A DNA stretch of 64,000 nucleotides from Elusimicrobiota bacterium (GCA_016212825.1 JACRDS010000052.1:424-64423), one strand, 5' to 3'. Shown: positions 19,112-28,418, counted from the first letter of the stretch. Notes: generated by a model not told the origin, from the sequence alone. Numbers and translations: made by a program.

Positions 19112-20164
19112 CTAGCTCCAGACCCCCGGGACGGCGGCCGAGCACCCCGGGCATTTGCCGTCCTGGAGCCGGTCGGCCAGGACCGTGAAGCCGCGCCGTT
19201 CGATGACGCGGGCCCCGCAGGAGGGGCACAAGGTGTCCTCGAGGCCTTCCAGGCGGCCCGGGATGTTCCCGGCATAGACGAAGCGCAGGCCCTCGGCGCG
19301 GCCGATCTCCGCGGCGCGGCGCAGGGTCTCGGCCGGGGTGTCCCGCTCGCCCAGCCGATAGTCCTGGTGGTAGGCGGTGACGTGCCAGGGGATGTCCTTG
19401 GACACCCCCGCCACGAAGGCGGCCATGGCGCGCAACTCCGCGTCCGAATCGTTCCAGCCCGGGATGACCAAGGTCACGACCTCGACCCAGTAGCCCAGCG
19501 CCTTGAGGCCCTCGATGGAGCGCAGGACATGGCGCATGGCCCCGCCGGTCATGTCCCGGTACTTGGCGTGGTCGAAGCACTTGAGGTCCACCTTGTACAG
19601 GCTCATGCGCGGCCGCAGGTACTCGAGGACCTTGCGGGTGGCGTGGCCGTTGGAGACGTAGGCGCAGCGCAGGCCGCGGGCCCGGGCCTCATCGAAGATG
19701 GCGGCCGCCCACTCCGAGGTTATGAGAGGCTCGTTGTAGGTGGAGACCACTACCTGGGCCTGCGCCGCAAGAGCCTGGTCCACAATCGCGGACGGGGTGC
19801 ATTCGCGCACCACCGCCTCGGCCTGCGGGTCGCGCAGGACCTGGCTGGTGAGCCAGTTCTGGCAGAACTTGCATGAGAAGTTGCAGCCCAGCATGCCGAA
19901 GGAGAGGGTCGCGGCGCCGGGCAGGACATGGAAGAAGGGCTTCTTCTCGATGGGGTCCGCGCGCAAGCCGGAGACGTAGCCCCAGGGCACGAAGAGCTTC
20001 CCGCCGCGGTTGAAGCGCATGCGGCACGCTCCGGCCTTGCCCTCGGCGATGAGGCACTCGTGGCCGCAGGCGTGGCAGCGCGCCAGCCCGTCGCCCTGCC
20101 GCTCATAGAGCTCCCCTTCGCGCGAGAGCCTGCGCAGGTGAGCTTCCAGGCTCTCTGGCGGCAT
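19112..20164 (-). CDS. amrS: AmmeMemoRadiSam system radical SAM enzyme
   Basis: The start ATG shares one nt with the upstream stop (TGATG). Zinc-ribbon-like CHACGHEC...C, radical SAM cluster CNFSCKFCQN, and a C-terminal CPSCG...CPGC. Confidence 0.85.
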   Translation of the reverse strand: MPPESLEAHLRRLSREGELYERQGDGLARCHACGHECLIAEGKAGACRMRFNRGGKLFVPWGYVSGLRADPIEKKPFFHVLPGAATLSFGMLGCNFSCKFCQNWLTSQVLRDPQAEAVVRECTPSAIVDQALAAQAQVVVSTYNEPLITSEWAAAIFDEARARGLRCAYVSNGHATRKVLEYLRPRMSLYKVDLKCFDHAKYRDMTGGAMRHVLRSIEGLKALGYWVEVVTLVIPGWNDSDAELRAMAAFVAGVSKDIPWHVTAYHQDYRLGERDTPAETLRRAAEIGRAEGLRFVYAGNIPGRLEGLEDTLCPSCGARVIERRGFTVLADRLQDGKCPGCSAAVPGVWS

Positions 20165-21579
20165 CAGAGAGGCTCCTGGAACGCCGTGACCGAGAAGACG
20201 GAGAGCCCCACTCCCGCCTCCTGCCACGCGCGCGGGGGCAGGCCGGCTTTGTGCTCGCAGAGGTGGGCCATGAACTCCTCCCGGTCCGGGAGCTGCTCCC
20301 AGACCTGGGGCAGGAAGAGCCCCTGCCGGGCGCCTCTCCCCACGATGACCCCCAGGCCGGTCTGGATGTCCTCGGGCTTGGCCGGCCGCGGCGCGGAGAG
20401 GATGGAGATCTCGGCGCGCAGGCCGGCGAGCTCGTCTTCGCCGACCGCCGCGAAGCGCGGGTCGTCGTTCGCGCTGCAGACCGCGAAGCGCGCCACCATG
20501 TTGCCCAAGGTGCCGCGGGGCTGGGTCGTGCCGAGGCAGCCGCGCAGCTCGCCGTTCCTGCGGGTCCAGGTCACGAAGACCGCGGCCGGGAGGTTGAAGA
20601 GCGGGCGGTCGAAGATCCGCGCAGAGGCGCGGCGCCCTTGGAGATGGTCCCGGACGCTTGAGCGCGCCAGGGCGAGGAGCTCGGTCTTCTCGGCCGCGGT
20701 GATCCCTTCCATGGGCCAGGGCCGGCGCCGTCCTTTGGCGAGCAGGATGCCCGCGCCGTAGCCCACGGTGCGGTCCTCGTCGCCGCCCCGGTCCGCGGAG
20801 TTGGTGCAGGCCAGGGCCTGGCCCCAGTCCGCTCCCAGGCGCGCGGCCGCCTCCTGGACCGCGGCCGCGGCCGCCTTGCCGCACCAGGTGCCGTGCAGCT
20901 CCGGAGCGTCGAGGGCCATGAGCGTCTCTTCCGTGCGCCAGAGGTAATCCGGGTCCAAGGTCAGGAAGCTCTCCAGGGAGGCGGGGTCCACCTGCCGCGC
21001 CACTTCCCGGGCCGGATAATGCGAGAGATCGCTGGCCGCGATGACCACCGCCTTGCGGCCCTTGAGGACCCCGGCCAGGGCTCCTCCGAAGCGCTCCGCT
21101 TCGGTGAGGCTCCGGGAGTTGCTCACCACAGGCAGGACGCGGAAGTCCTTCCAGATGCGCTGCAGGAAGGGCAGGACCACCTCCACGGAATGCTCCTGCG
21201 CGTGGGCAGCGGCCGAGACCGCGGCGCCGGCGGACTTGGCGAGTTGGGCCGCCTCCTTCTCGGCGATGGGCACGTCGCCTAGAGGGGTGCGCAGGGCCGC
21301 GCTGTCGGCCAGGAAGAAGCCTTCCCGGTCCGCGAAGTGCGCGGTGCCCACCACAGCCACGAGCTCGGGTTTGAGGCTGGCCAGGGCCTTGCAGACCTGG
21401 GCCGTGGGCGGGCCGGAGAAATCATAGCCCGCATGGGGGCACAGGGCGCCCACCAGGCGCCCCGCGACTTTTGGCGCGGGAGCCTCCGCCAGCAGGCGGT
21501 CCACGGTCTCGCGCAGCTTCGCCGGGTCGGCGGGATAGAAGCGGCCCGCGGCAGCGGGCGGGCGGACCTCGGCTGGCAT
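20164..21579 (-). CDS. fused Memo-like (AmrB) and AMMECR1 (AmrA) protein
   Basis: N-terminal half: AGRFYPADP, CPHAGY and HSVEV, which are Memo motifs. C-terminal half: LRGCLGT and NDDPRF, which are AMMECR1 motifs. Confidence 0.85.
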   Translation of the reverse strand: MPAEVRPPAAAGRFYPADPAKLRETVDRLLAEAPAPKVAGRLVGALCPHAGYDFSGPPTAQVCKALASLKPELVAVVGTAHFADREGFFLADSAALRTPLGDVPIAEKEAAQLAKSAGAAVSAAAHAQEHSVEVVLPFLQRIWKDFRVLPVVSNSRSLTEAERFGGALAGVLKGRKAVVIAASDLSHYPAREVARQVDPASLESFLTLDPDYLWRTEETLMALDAPELHGTWCGKAAAAAVQEAAARLGADWGQALACTNSADRGGDEDRTVGYGAGILLAKGRRRPWPMEGITAAEKTELLALARSSVRDHLQGRRASARIFDRPLFNLPAAVFVTWTRRNGELRGCLGTTQPRGTLGNMVARFAVCSANDDPRFAAVGEDELAGLRAEISILSAPRPAKPEDIQTGLGVIVGRGARQGLFLPQVWEQLPDREEFMAHLCEHKAGLPPRAWQEAGVGLSVFSVTAFQEPL

Positions 21580-21592
21580 AGGCCCGATTCTA

Positions 21593-22315
21593 TTAAACGG
21601 GGAGGCCTTTCTCCAGGGCGCGGTGCTGCACCTCGGCCAGCTTTCCCGCGTCGCCGATGTCGTTGTAGTAGCGGTCGTCCGTGCGGAAGGGCCTGATGGC
21701 TGCTCCCTCGCCGGCCAGGCGCAGGTAGGTCTGAATGATGGGGAATACGCCGCTCTCGCTCATGCGGGGAAGGAGTTCTGGTGAGATGACGTGGATCCCG
21801 TTGAAGGCCAGGCGCAGGTAGGTCTGGACGGGCCCCGCGGCCCAGGTGAAGCCTTCCTTCAAGGAATGCCGGCCGCAGAGCCGGCCGGCCGCGTCGAAGA
21901 GGAGGTGGCGCGCCGTCGGCCGGTCGGAGACGGCCAAGGTGGCCAGGCCGCCGCCTTCCAGATGCGCCTGGTACATCTCGGCCAGGTCCAGCTCGCAGTA
22001 CACGTCGCTGTTGTGCACGAAGAAGGGCTTCCCGTCGTCGAGCAGCGGGGCGGCCTGCTTGAGCCCGCCGCCGGTGTCGAGCAGCACGGCCTCGCGCGAG
22101 ACCGACACCGGGACGCCCAGATCCCGGCCCTTCAGGAACGCTTCGACCTGGTCCGCCAGGTGGAAGGCGTTGACGACGATCCCGTCCGCCCCGGCCTTGA
22201 CCAGGCGGCGGACCACCAGCTCGAGCATGGGCATGCCCCCGACCGCCATCAGGGCTTTCGGGGTATCTTCGGTGAGGGGGCGCAGCCGGCGGCCCTCGCC
22301 GGCCGCCAGGACCAT
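21593..22315 (-). CDS. sugar-1-phosphate nucleotidyltransferase (MurU-like)
   Basis: MVLAAGEGRRLRPLTEDTPKALMAVGG is the G-x-G-x-R-L NTP-transferase signature. 240 aa. Starts 5 nt after the kinase stop. Confidence 0.7.
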   Translation of the reverse strand: MVLAAGEGRRLRPLTEDTPKALMAVGGMPMLELVVRRLVKAGADGIVVNAFHLADQVEAFLKGRDLGVPVSVSREAVLLDTGGGLKQAAPLLDDGKPFFVHNSDVYCELDLAEMYQAHLEGGGLATLAVSDRPTARHLLFDAAGRLCGRHSLKEGFTWAAGPVQTYLRLAFNGIHVISPELLPRMSESGVFPIIQTYLRLAGEGAAIRPFRTDDRYYNDIGDAGKLAEVQHRALEKGLPV

Positions 22316-22320
22316 GGCCT

Positions 22321-23772
22321 TCACGTGACGGGGACGGACGACTCTTCCTTCTCGAGTTCCCGGTGGCGCAGCTCGACCTGGACGTCGTACTTCTCGCGCA
22401 AGTGGCGGGCCAGGGTCTCGGCGCAATAGACGGAGCGGTGCTGGCCCCCGGTGCAGCCGAAGGCGGCCATGAGGTCCGTGAAGTTGCGGCTCCGGTAGTT
22501 CTCCACGGACTGGCCGACGAGGGCGCAGACGTGTTCGAGGAAGCGCGCCACGGCTGCCTCCTTCTCCAGGAAGGAGATGACCGCGGCGTCGCGGCCGTTG
22601 AGCTTGGCGTATTCGGCGTGCTTGCCGGGGTTGGGCAGGGCCCGGCAGTCGAAGACGAAGCCGCCGCCGTGCCCCTTCTCGTCCGCGGGCAGGCCGTTGC
22701 GATAGGAGAAGCTCTGGATGCGCACGATGAGCCGCAGCGAGGCGCTGCCGTATTGGCGCAGCTTGGAGGAGCCCACCATGCTGCGGAACACTCCCATGAG
22801 GGCAGGGAGCTTGACCGGCATTTCCGTGGTGCGCAGGAGGTATTCCAGGTTGCGGATGGCGTAGGGGATGCTCTGCAGGAAGTGGGTCTTGCGCTCGTAG
22901 AATCCGCGCAGCCCGTAGGCGCCCATGGCCTGCATGATGCGGATGTAGACGAAGGCGGGATAGAGCCGCAGGAACTTGGGCCGGTCGATCTTGGCCAGCT
23001 CGCAGGCGCTGTCGAGGTAGAGCTGCAGGAACTCCTCGCGCAGGGCGAAGGGGAGGTCGGCCTTGGCGTCGAAGAGTAGGGAGGCGATGTCGTACTGCAG
23101 GGCGCCCTTGCGGCCGCCCTGGTAGTCGATGAGCCAGGGGTCGCCTTCGCGCACCATGACGTTGCGGGACTGGAAATCGCGGTAGAGGAAGTACTCCCGG
23201 TCGGCGTCGAGCAGGAGTTCGGTGAAGCGCTTGAAATCGTCCTCCAGGGCCTGCTCGTGGAAGGGCACGTCGGCGAGCTGGAGGAAGTAGTATTTGAAGT
23301 GGTTGAGGTCCCACATCATGGACTGACGGTCGAAGCTGGCGCGCGGGTAGCAGACCTTGTAGTCGAGGGTCCTGCCGGCGGTGATCTGGATGCGCGGCAG
23401 GAGCTTGACCAGTCTGCGGTAGACCGCGAGCACGCCGGGGGCGAGCACGGCCCCGGCGCGGTTGGCGCTGAGGTACTGGAAGAGGTTCGTGTCGCCCAGG
23501 TCCTCCTCGAGGTAGACGCCTTTGTCGAGCTCCTCGGCGTAGATCTCCGGCACGGGCAGGCCGGCTGAGCGGAACTGCCGGGAGAAAGAGAGGAAAGCCT
23601 GGTTTTCCAGGCGGTCGGTGTTGGCCGCGCCGATGAGGCTGCGCCCGCCGCCCTGCAGGCGGAACAGGCGCCGGCTGGAGCCGTCGCCCTTGAGGGGGGA
23701 GCAGGTCTCGGCCGGCCTGCCGACGTGCTTCTGGAACAGCTGTCTGAGGGCCTCTTCCATGGCGCCTGCCAT
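22321..23772 (-). CDS. aminoglycoside-phosphotransferase-fold kinase (AmgK-like) fused to a RapZ C-terminal domain
   Basis: The N-terminal ~330 aa have APH/ChoK-type motifs (HRDFQSRNVMV, IDYQG). The C-terminal ~150 aa match RapZ-C (SFSYRNGLP...FVFDCRALPNP...GCTGGQHRSVY...RHRELEK). Start is the ATG at 23772 or 23760. Confidence 0.75.
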   Translation of the reverse strand: MAGAMEEALRQLFQKHVGRPAETCSPLKGDGSSRRLFRLQGGGRSLIGAANTDRLENQAFLSFSRQFRSAGLPVPEIYAEELDKGVYLEEDLGDTNLFQYLSANRAGAVLAPGVLAVYRRLVKLLPRIQITAGRTLDYKVCYPRASFDRQSMMWDLNHFKYYFLQLADVPFHEQALEDDFKRFTELLLDADREYFLYRDFQSRNVMVREGDPWLIDYQGGRKGALQYDIASLLFDAKADLPFALREEFLQLYLDSACELAKIDRPKFLRLYPAFVYIRIMQAMGAYGLRGFYERKTHFLQSIPYAIRNLEYLLRTTEMPVKLPALMGVFRSMVGSSKLRQYGSASLRLIVRIQSFSYRNGLPADEKGHGGGFVFDCRALPNPGKHAEYAKLNGRDAAVISFLEKEAAVARFLEHVCALVGQSVENYRSRNFTDLMAAFGCTGGQHRSVYCAETLARHLREKYDVQVELRHRELEKEESSVPVT

Positions 23773-23827
23773 TGTACCATACGAAAATGTATGATAGGAG
23801 CACCCCCGCTTTATAAGGAGAACTAAT

Positions 23828-24757
23828 ATGAAATTCAAGGATTTCGACGAGCTCGTCAGGATGGTGAAGGGCAAGTCCAACCGCATCGTGTCCCCGGGCG
23901 CCAACAACGCGGAGGTCATCGAGGCCATCAAGATCGCCGACGGCTACGGCCTCATCTCCGGCGGCGTGCTCATCGGCGTCAAGTCCGAGATCGAGTCCCT
24001 GGCCGCCTCGGCCAAGCTCGACCTCAAGAAGTTCGAGCTGGCGGACTGCGCGGACAAGGCCGAGATGTGCAGGAAGGCCGTGGCCCTCATCAAGGAGGGC
24101 AAGGGCGACTTTTTGGTCAAGGGCGGCGTGGACACCGCGCTCTACGCCAAGGCCATCCTGGACAAGGAGGCCAAGCTGGTCCCGGAGGGCGGGACCCTGA
24201 GCCACTTCGTGCTCTTCCAGACCGCCCACTACCACAAGCTCTTCGGCGTGACCGACGCGGCGCTGCTCATCTCTCCGACCTTGGAACAGAAGAAGAAGAT
24301 CATCGAGAACGCGGTGGCCCTCATGCGCACCTTGGGCGTGGAGAGGCCCAAGGTCGCCATGGTCTGCCCGGTGGAGAAGGTCAACCCCAAGGTGCCCAGC
24401 ACGGTGGACGCCGACGAACTCTCCAAGATGAGCAAAGACGGCCGCATCAAGGACTGCGTGGTGGAGGGCCCCTACGACATCTACATCACCGTGGACCGCA
24501 AGCTCGCCGACGAGAAGGGCGTCAAGGGCGGCGAGGTGCCGGGCCAGGTGGACATCATGGTGCTGCCGGACCTCGACGCGGCCAACCCGGTCTACAAGTG
24601 CCTCACCTACTTCGCCGAGGGCATGAAGTCCGCCGCGGTGGTGGCCGGGGCCAAGGTCCCGGTTATCCTGCCCTCGCGCACGGACCCGCCCCTGACCAAG
24701 GCGCTCTCCATCGCTTTGGCCTCCTTCATGAAGGACCAGAAGCGGGTCGCGGCCTAG
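23828..24757 (+). CDS. ptb: phosphate butyryl/acetyltransferase (PTA_PTB family)
   Basis: 309 aa with Ptb-like sequence throughout (GANNAEVIEAIK..., DILVLPDLDAANPVYK-type segment, PVILPSRTD). AAGGAGA SD upstream. Confidence 0.85.
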   Translation: MKFKDFDELVRMVKGKSNRIVSPGANNAEVIEAIKIADGYGLISGGVLIGVKSEIESLAASAKLDLKKFELADCADKAEMCRKAVALIKEGKGDFLVKGGVDTALYAKAILDKEAKLVPEGGTLSHFVLFQTAHYHKLFGVTDAALLISPTLEQKKKIIENAVALMRTLGVERPKVAMVCPVEKVNPKVPSTVDADELSKMSKDGRIKDCVVEGPYDIYITVDRKLADEKGVKGGEVPGQVDIMVLPDLDAANPVYKCLTYFAEGMKSAAVVAGAKVPVILPSRTDPPLTKALSIALASFMKDQKRVAA

Positions 24758-24868
24758 ACCCGGCAGGCGCGACCTTTGCGCCGCAGGATGTCGGAACGGA
24801 GTGCTTGAGCTTCATTTGATGCAGGCATGCTAAAATTCAAATATTAGATGGCCTGCAAAAGGAAGCCT

Positions 24869-25348
24869 ATGAGAAAAACGATAGGGCTTGCTGCCGTGGT
24901 CTTGGGCGTGGCCGTGCTCCGCCCCGCCCTGTGCCGGGCGCAGGAAGAACCCAATCAACTCGGGGTCGGCGCCTACATAGGAACGCCGTTCGGGTTCTCG
25001 GCCAAGTATCTCATCGACAAGCGCAACGCCGTGGATCTCGCCTTCGGGGCGCAGGGCGGGGACCTGGACTTCCACTTCGACGTGCTGACCCATTTCCGCG
25101 ACCTGCCCAAGCAGCCGCCCAAGGGCAAGCTGGCGCCCTATGTGGGGCTGGGGCTCAAGGTCAAGGATGAGCGCGAGGCGCTCTGGGGCATGCGCTTCCT
25201 GGGGGGCTGCGCCTATCTGATCAAGGACACCCCGCTGGAGGCCTTCGCCGAGATCGCCCCGGTGCTGCGCCTGGCCCCGAGCGTGGGCAGCAACCTCGAC
25301 GGCGGCGTGGGTCTGCGCTACTACTTCGGCCTGGGCGCCAAGAAGTAG
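24869..25348 (+). CDS. small secreted beta-rich protein (outer-membrane-barrel-like)
   Basis: Signal peptide from the ATG at 24869, alternating hydrophobic pattern, aromatic-rich C-terminus (GLRYYFGLG). Confidence 0.45.
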   Translation: MRKTIGLAAVVLGVAVLRPALCRAQEEPNQLGVGAYIGTPFGFSAKYLIDKRNAVDLAFGAQGGDLDFHFDVLTHFRDLPKQPPKGKLAPYVGLGLKVKDEREALWGMRFLGGCAYLIKDTPLEAFAEIAPVLRLAPSVGSNLDGGVGLRYYFGLGAKK

Positions 25349-25412
25349 CCCGGGATCCCAGCCCCCCCGGATGGGGCCGCGGCGCGATTGTGATATCATA
25401 GCGGCCGCGACG

Positions 25413-26498
25413 ATGAGTATGCCATCCCTCCAGGCCCCCGGGCGCATAATCATGCACGCGGACATGGACTGCTTCTTCGCGGCCGTGGAGGAGCGCGAGG
25501 ACCCGGCCCTGAAGGGCAAGCCGGTCATCATAGGCGCGGATCCCAAGGGCGGGCTGGGCCGCGGCATCGTGGCCACCTGCAACTACGAGGCCCGGCGCTA
25601 CGGCCTGCACAGCGCCATGCCCATCTCCAGCGCCTACCGGAGATGTCCCAAGGGAGTGTACCTGAGGCCGCGCTTCTCCCTCTACAGCCAAGCCAGCCGC
25701 AAGGTCATGGACATCCTGCGCCGCAGTGCCGACGTCCTGGAAGTCGCCGGCATCGACGAGGCCTATCTGGACGTGAGCTCCCAGGGCAGTTTCCTGACGG
25801 CCCGGGACCTGGCCCTGGGGATACAGAAGGCCATACGGGAGGAGGAGCGGCTCTCCGCGTCGGTCGGCATCGGTCCCAACAAGCTCATCGCCAAGATCGC
25901 CAGCGACCACCGCAAGCCCGGCGGCCTGACCGTGGTCATCCCCCGACGCGTGGCCGAGTTCCTGGGGCCCAAGCCCGTGGGCGCCCTGCGCGGGGTGGGG
26001 CCCAAGACCAAGGAGCACCTCGAGGGGCTGGGCTATAAGACCGTGGCCGAACTCCTGGAGGCCTCGGAGGAGCGGCTGGTGCGGGAGTTCGGAAAGTTCG
26101 GCTCCTTCCTCTGGCGCGAGGCGCGCGGTATCGACGAGCGGCCCGTGGACGCGGACTGGGTGCAGAAGTCCATCGGCCGGGAGCACACCTTCGAAACCGA
26201 CACCGGCGACCTCGACGAGGTCCACGCGGCCCTGCTGGCCTGCGTGCGCCGGGTGCACCGGGATATGGCCGCGGAGGGGCATTGGTGCCTGACCTTGACC
26301 ATCAAGGCCCGCTACGAAGGCTACGAGACCCATTCCCGGCAGAAGACCCTCAAGCTCGCGGCCGGCAGCCTGGCCGAGCTGGAGGCCGGGGCCCTGTCCT
26401 TGCTGGAACCCTTCGAGAAGAAGGGCAAGCGCTTCAGGCTGGTGGGATTCTCGGTCTCGAACCTGGTCCCGCCCGAGGATCTTCTGCCGCTCACATAA
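25413..26498 (+). CDS. dinB: DNA polymerase IV
   Basis: IMHADMDCFFAAVEERE, SIDEAYLDV-like GIDEAYLDV, SVGIGPNKLIAKIASD. Start chosen after the TG-n-TATCAT box at 25391-25399. Confidence 0.9.
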   Translation: MSMPSLQAPGRIIMHADMDCFFAAVEEREDPALKGKPVIIGADPKGGLGRGIVATCNYEARRYGLHSAMPISSAYRRCPKGVYLRPRFSLYSQASRKVMDILRRSADVLEVAGIDEAYLDVSSQGSFLTARDLALGIQKAIREEERLSASVGIGPNKLIAKIASDHRKPGGLTVVIPRRVAEFLGPKPVGALRGVGPKTKEHLEGLGYKTVAELLEASEERLVREFGKFGSFLWREARGIDERPVDADWVQKSIGREHTFETDTGDLDEVHAALLACVRRVHRDMAAEGHWCLTLTIKARYEGYETHSRQKTLKLAAGSLAELEAGALSLLEPFEKKGKRFRLVGFSVSNLVPPEDLLPLT

Positions 26499-26590
26499 TT
26501 CGGCATAATTCGGGACACAATACCTATTTATTCCAGCGGGAATGGATTAGGTATTGTGTCCCGAATTACCTAAGTATTGTGTCCCCGAAC
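26494..26590. repeat. family-2 palindromic element: perfect 20-bp inverted repeat plus an extra half-copy and a duplicated flank
   Basis: AATTCGGGACACAATACCTA (26507-26526) is the exact reverse complement of 26548-26567. A third arm-like copy (TAAGTATTGTGTCCCCGAA) follows, and CATAATTCGG is tandemly duplicated at 26494-26513. The element lies between the convergent dinB and 26592-gene stops. Confidence 0.65.
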
Positions 26591-26591
26591 T

Positions 26592-28418
26592 CTATTTCTT
26601 GTCCTTGATGAGGCCGTAGAGCTTCTTGGCCAGCCAGACGAAGGGCTTGACGAAGGGCAGGTCGAGCAGGTTCTTGAGGGCCTGCCGGATGGGGGAGGGC
26701 TGGATGATGGGCTCGGGGCCCACGGGGTAGCTTCCCTGGAATTCCGCGCTGGCGGCCACGGCTTCGTCGGCCATGTACATGATGGGGCGGCGCTTGGCCT
26801 TGATGCTGACGAGGTAGATGAGCAGGTCGAGGGTCTGCTGCACGGCGAAGGTGGCCCAGAACATGGGCATGCCGCCGGAGCCGAAGAACACGCCGGTCAA
26901 AGTGAAGAAGAGGTCGCGGACCTGCTGGATGGCGGAGCGCTGCCAGCGCGAGATGCGGCCGTTGTCGTAGAGGGTGTTGAGCCCCTGATAGCCCAGAGAG
27001 CCGAAGAAGGAGCCGATCACCGTGGACATGCCCATGTCCTTCCAGTACTGCAGGGACCACGGGGGCACGGTGTTGGGCAGGGCGGTCCAGGCGATGAAGC
27101 GGAACAGCGCGCCCCAGAACTGGCCGTAGACCAGGTTGAAGATGGACTGGTAGTTGAGGCCCTTTTCGCGGCCGAGCTTGTTCTGGAAGTTGGACCAGGT
27201 GTTAATCCAGAGGCCGTGGAAGACGTTGAGTCCGATGCTCACGGCCAGGGCCGCGGCCAGGGCGATGGGGTGGCCGGTGTACATGGCGCCCCAGACCCCG
27301 ATGGTCATGATGGTGGGGACGGTCTTGGAGACCACGCCGCCGATGAGCTCGGAGGTCGTGGGCGCGGTGTATGCGTTGTAAAGGGTCTTGGCGAGGTAGC
27401 CGAGCTGGCGGAAAGGCCAGGTGACGGGGCCTAGCAGGTAGCGCCAGAGTCGGCTAGAGACCACCGCGGCCTTCTGCTCACCGGCCGAGGGGGCCGGAGC
27501 CGCCGGCTCCGCTTTCGGGGCGGGCTTGGCCTCGATGTGGATCTTCTCGACCTCGAACTTGGCCGTGACGCCCATGCCGCGCAAAGACTCATTGACCTGC
27601 TTGGCGTCGGCTTCGGTCAGGTTGCCGGCGGAGGCGTTCTTGGCGACGATGAGGCGCACGCGGCCGAGCTGGTTGAGACTGTCCTTGAGCGAGGGGTCGG
27701 CGGCCAGGGCCTGCGGCAGTTCGGCCAGGGTCGTGACCACCGGCGCCAGGTCGGCGCGGGTGAGGTAGATCCTGGTCTTGGCCAGGGCGGAGACGCTCTG
27801 GGCTCGGGGCACCCGGAAGGGGTTGACGAACTCAGGGGAGGCGGGCTTGAGGCCGGAGCGGATGATCTGGTCCGGCGCGCCGGGGGCCACGATGTCCGCG
27901 GACTCAGCCTTGATCTTGGAGCCGGTGAAGACCGTGTCGAGGACCCGGGCTTTGCCCGTTGGATCCTTGGCTTGGGAGATCTTCTCGACGCCGGCCTGGA
28001 GGACGATCTGCGCGGAGACCATCGCGACTGGGGTCTCGGTCTTGTCGGCCTGGGGCGCGGCCAGGAGGATGGAGGAGGCGATCGGGGTCGGGGCAGCGGC
28101 CAGGACGATCTGTCCGGCGGAGGGGATGGCGATGGGCGCGGTCTTGCCCGCCTCGCTCACCGCGGGCGCGGCGGACATGACCTTGAGGGAGCCGGAGAGG
28201 CTGGCGGGGGAGAGTTGGATCGCGTTGGGGCTGACCTGGATGAGGGAGACGCCGGAGACCCCGGTTTTGCCTGCGGTCGGGGAGCCGGTCTCGGAGGTCG
28301 GGGTGTTGACCGATGCGCTGGCGCCAGCGTAGCACTCCCGGCCTGGAGAAACAAGAACGAGCGCGAGGCTGAGCATCGCGCCCGTCGAGGCCTTGATAAA
28401 TCTTCGGGTCCTGGCCAT
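26592..28418 (-). CDS. hypothetical signal-peptide protein with Ala/Pro/Ser-rich exported region and C-terminal polytopic membrane domain
   Basis: 608 aa. N-terminal signal-like sequence, low-complexity region, then about 6 hydrophobic helices in the last ~270 aa. No family recognised. Confidence 0.6.
   Translation of the reverse strand: MARTRRFIKASTGAMLSLALVLVSPGRECYAGASASVNTPTSETGSPTAGKTGVSGVSLIQVSPNAIQLSPASLSGSLKVMSAAPAVSEAGKTAPIAIPSAGQIVLAAAPTPIASSILLAAPQADKTETPVAMVSAQIVLQAGVEKISQAKDPTGKARVLDTVFTGSKIKAESADIVAPGAPDQIIRSGLKPASPEFVNPFRVPRAQSVSALAKTRIYLTRADLAPVVTTLAELPQALAADPSLKDSLNQLGRVRLIVAKNASAGNLTEADAKQVNESLRGMGVTAKFEVEKIHIEAKPAPKAEPAAPAPSAGEQKAAVVSSRLWRYLLGPVTWPFRQLGYLAKTLYNAYTAPTTSELIGGVVSKTVPTIMTIGVWGAMYTGHPIALAAALAVSIGLNVFHGLWINTWSNFQNKLGREKGLNYQSIFNLVYGQFWGALFRFIAWTALPNTVPPWSLQYWKDMGMSTVIGSFFGSLGYQGLNTLYDNGRISRWQRSAIQQVRDLFFTLTGVFFGSGGMPMFWATFAVQQTLDLLIYLVSIKAKRRPIMYMADEAVAASAEFQGSYPVGPEPIIQPSPIRQALKNLLDLPFVKPFVWLAKKLYGLIKDKK

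Noticed and set aside
21593-24235. 880-aa ORF spanning the nucleotidyltransferase, kinase and ptb regions.
   Set aside because: Only its last 240 codons (from the ATG at 22315) look like protein, namely the NTP-transferase. The upstream part is a shadow of the kinase gene (a different frame on the same strand) and of ptb (opposite strand).
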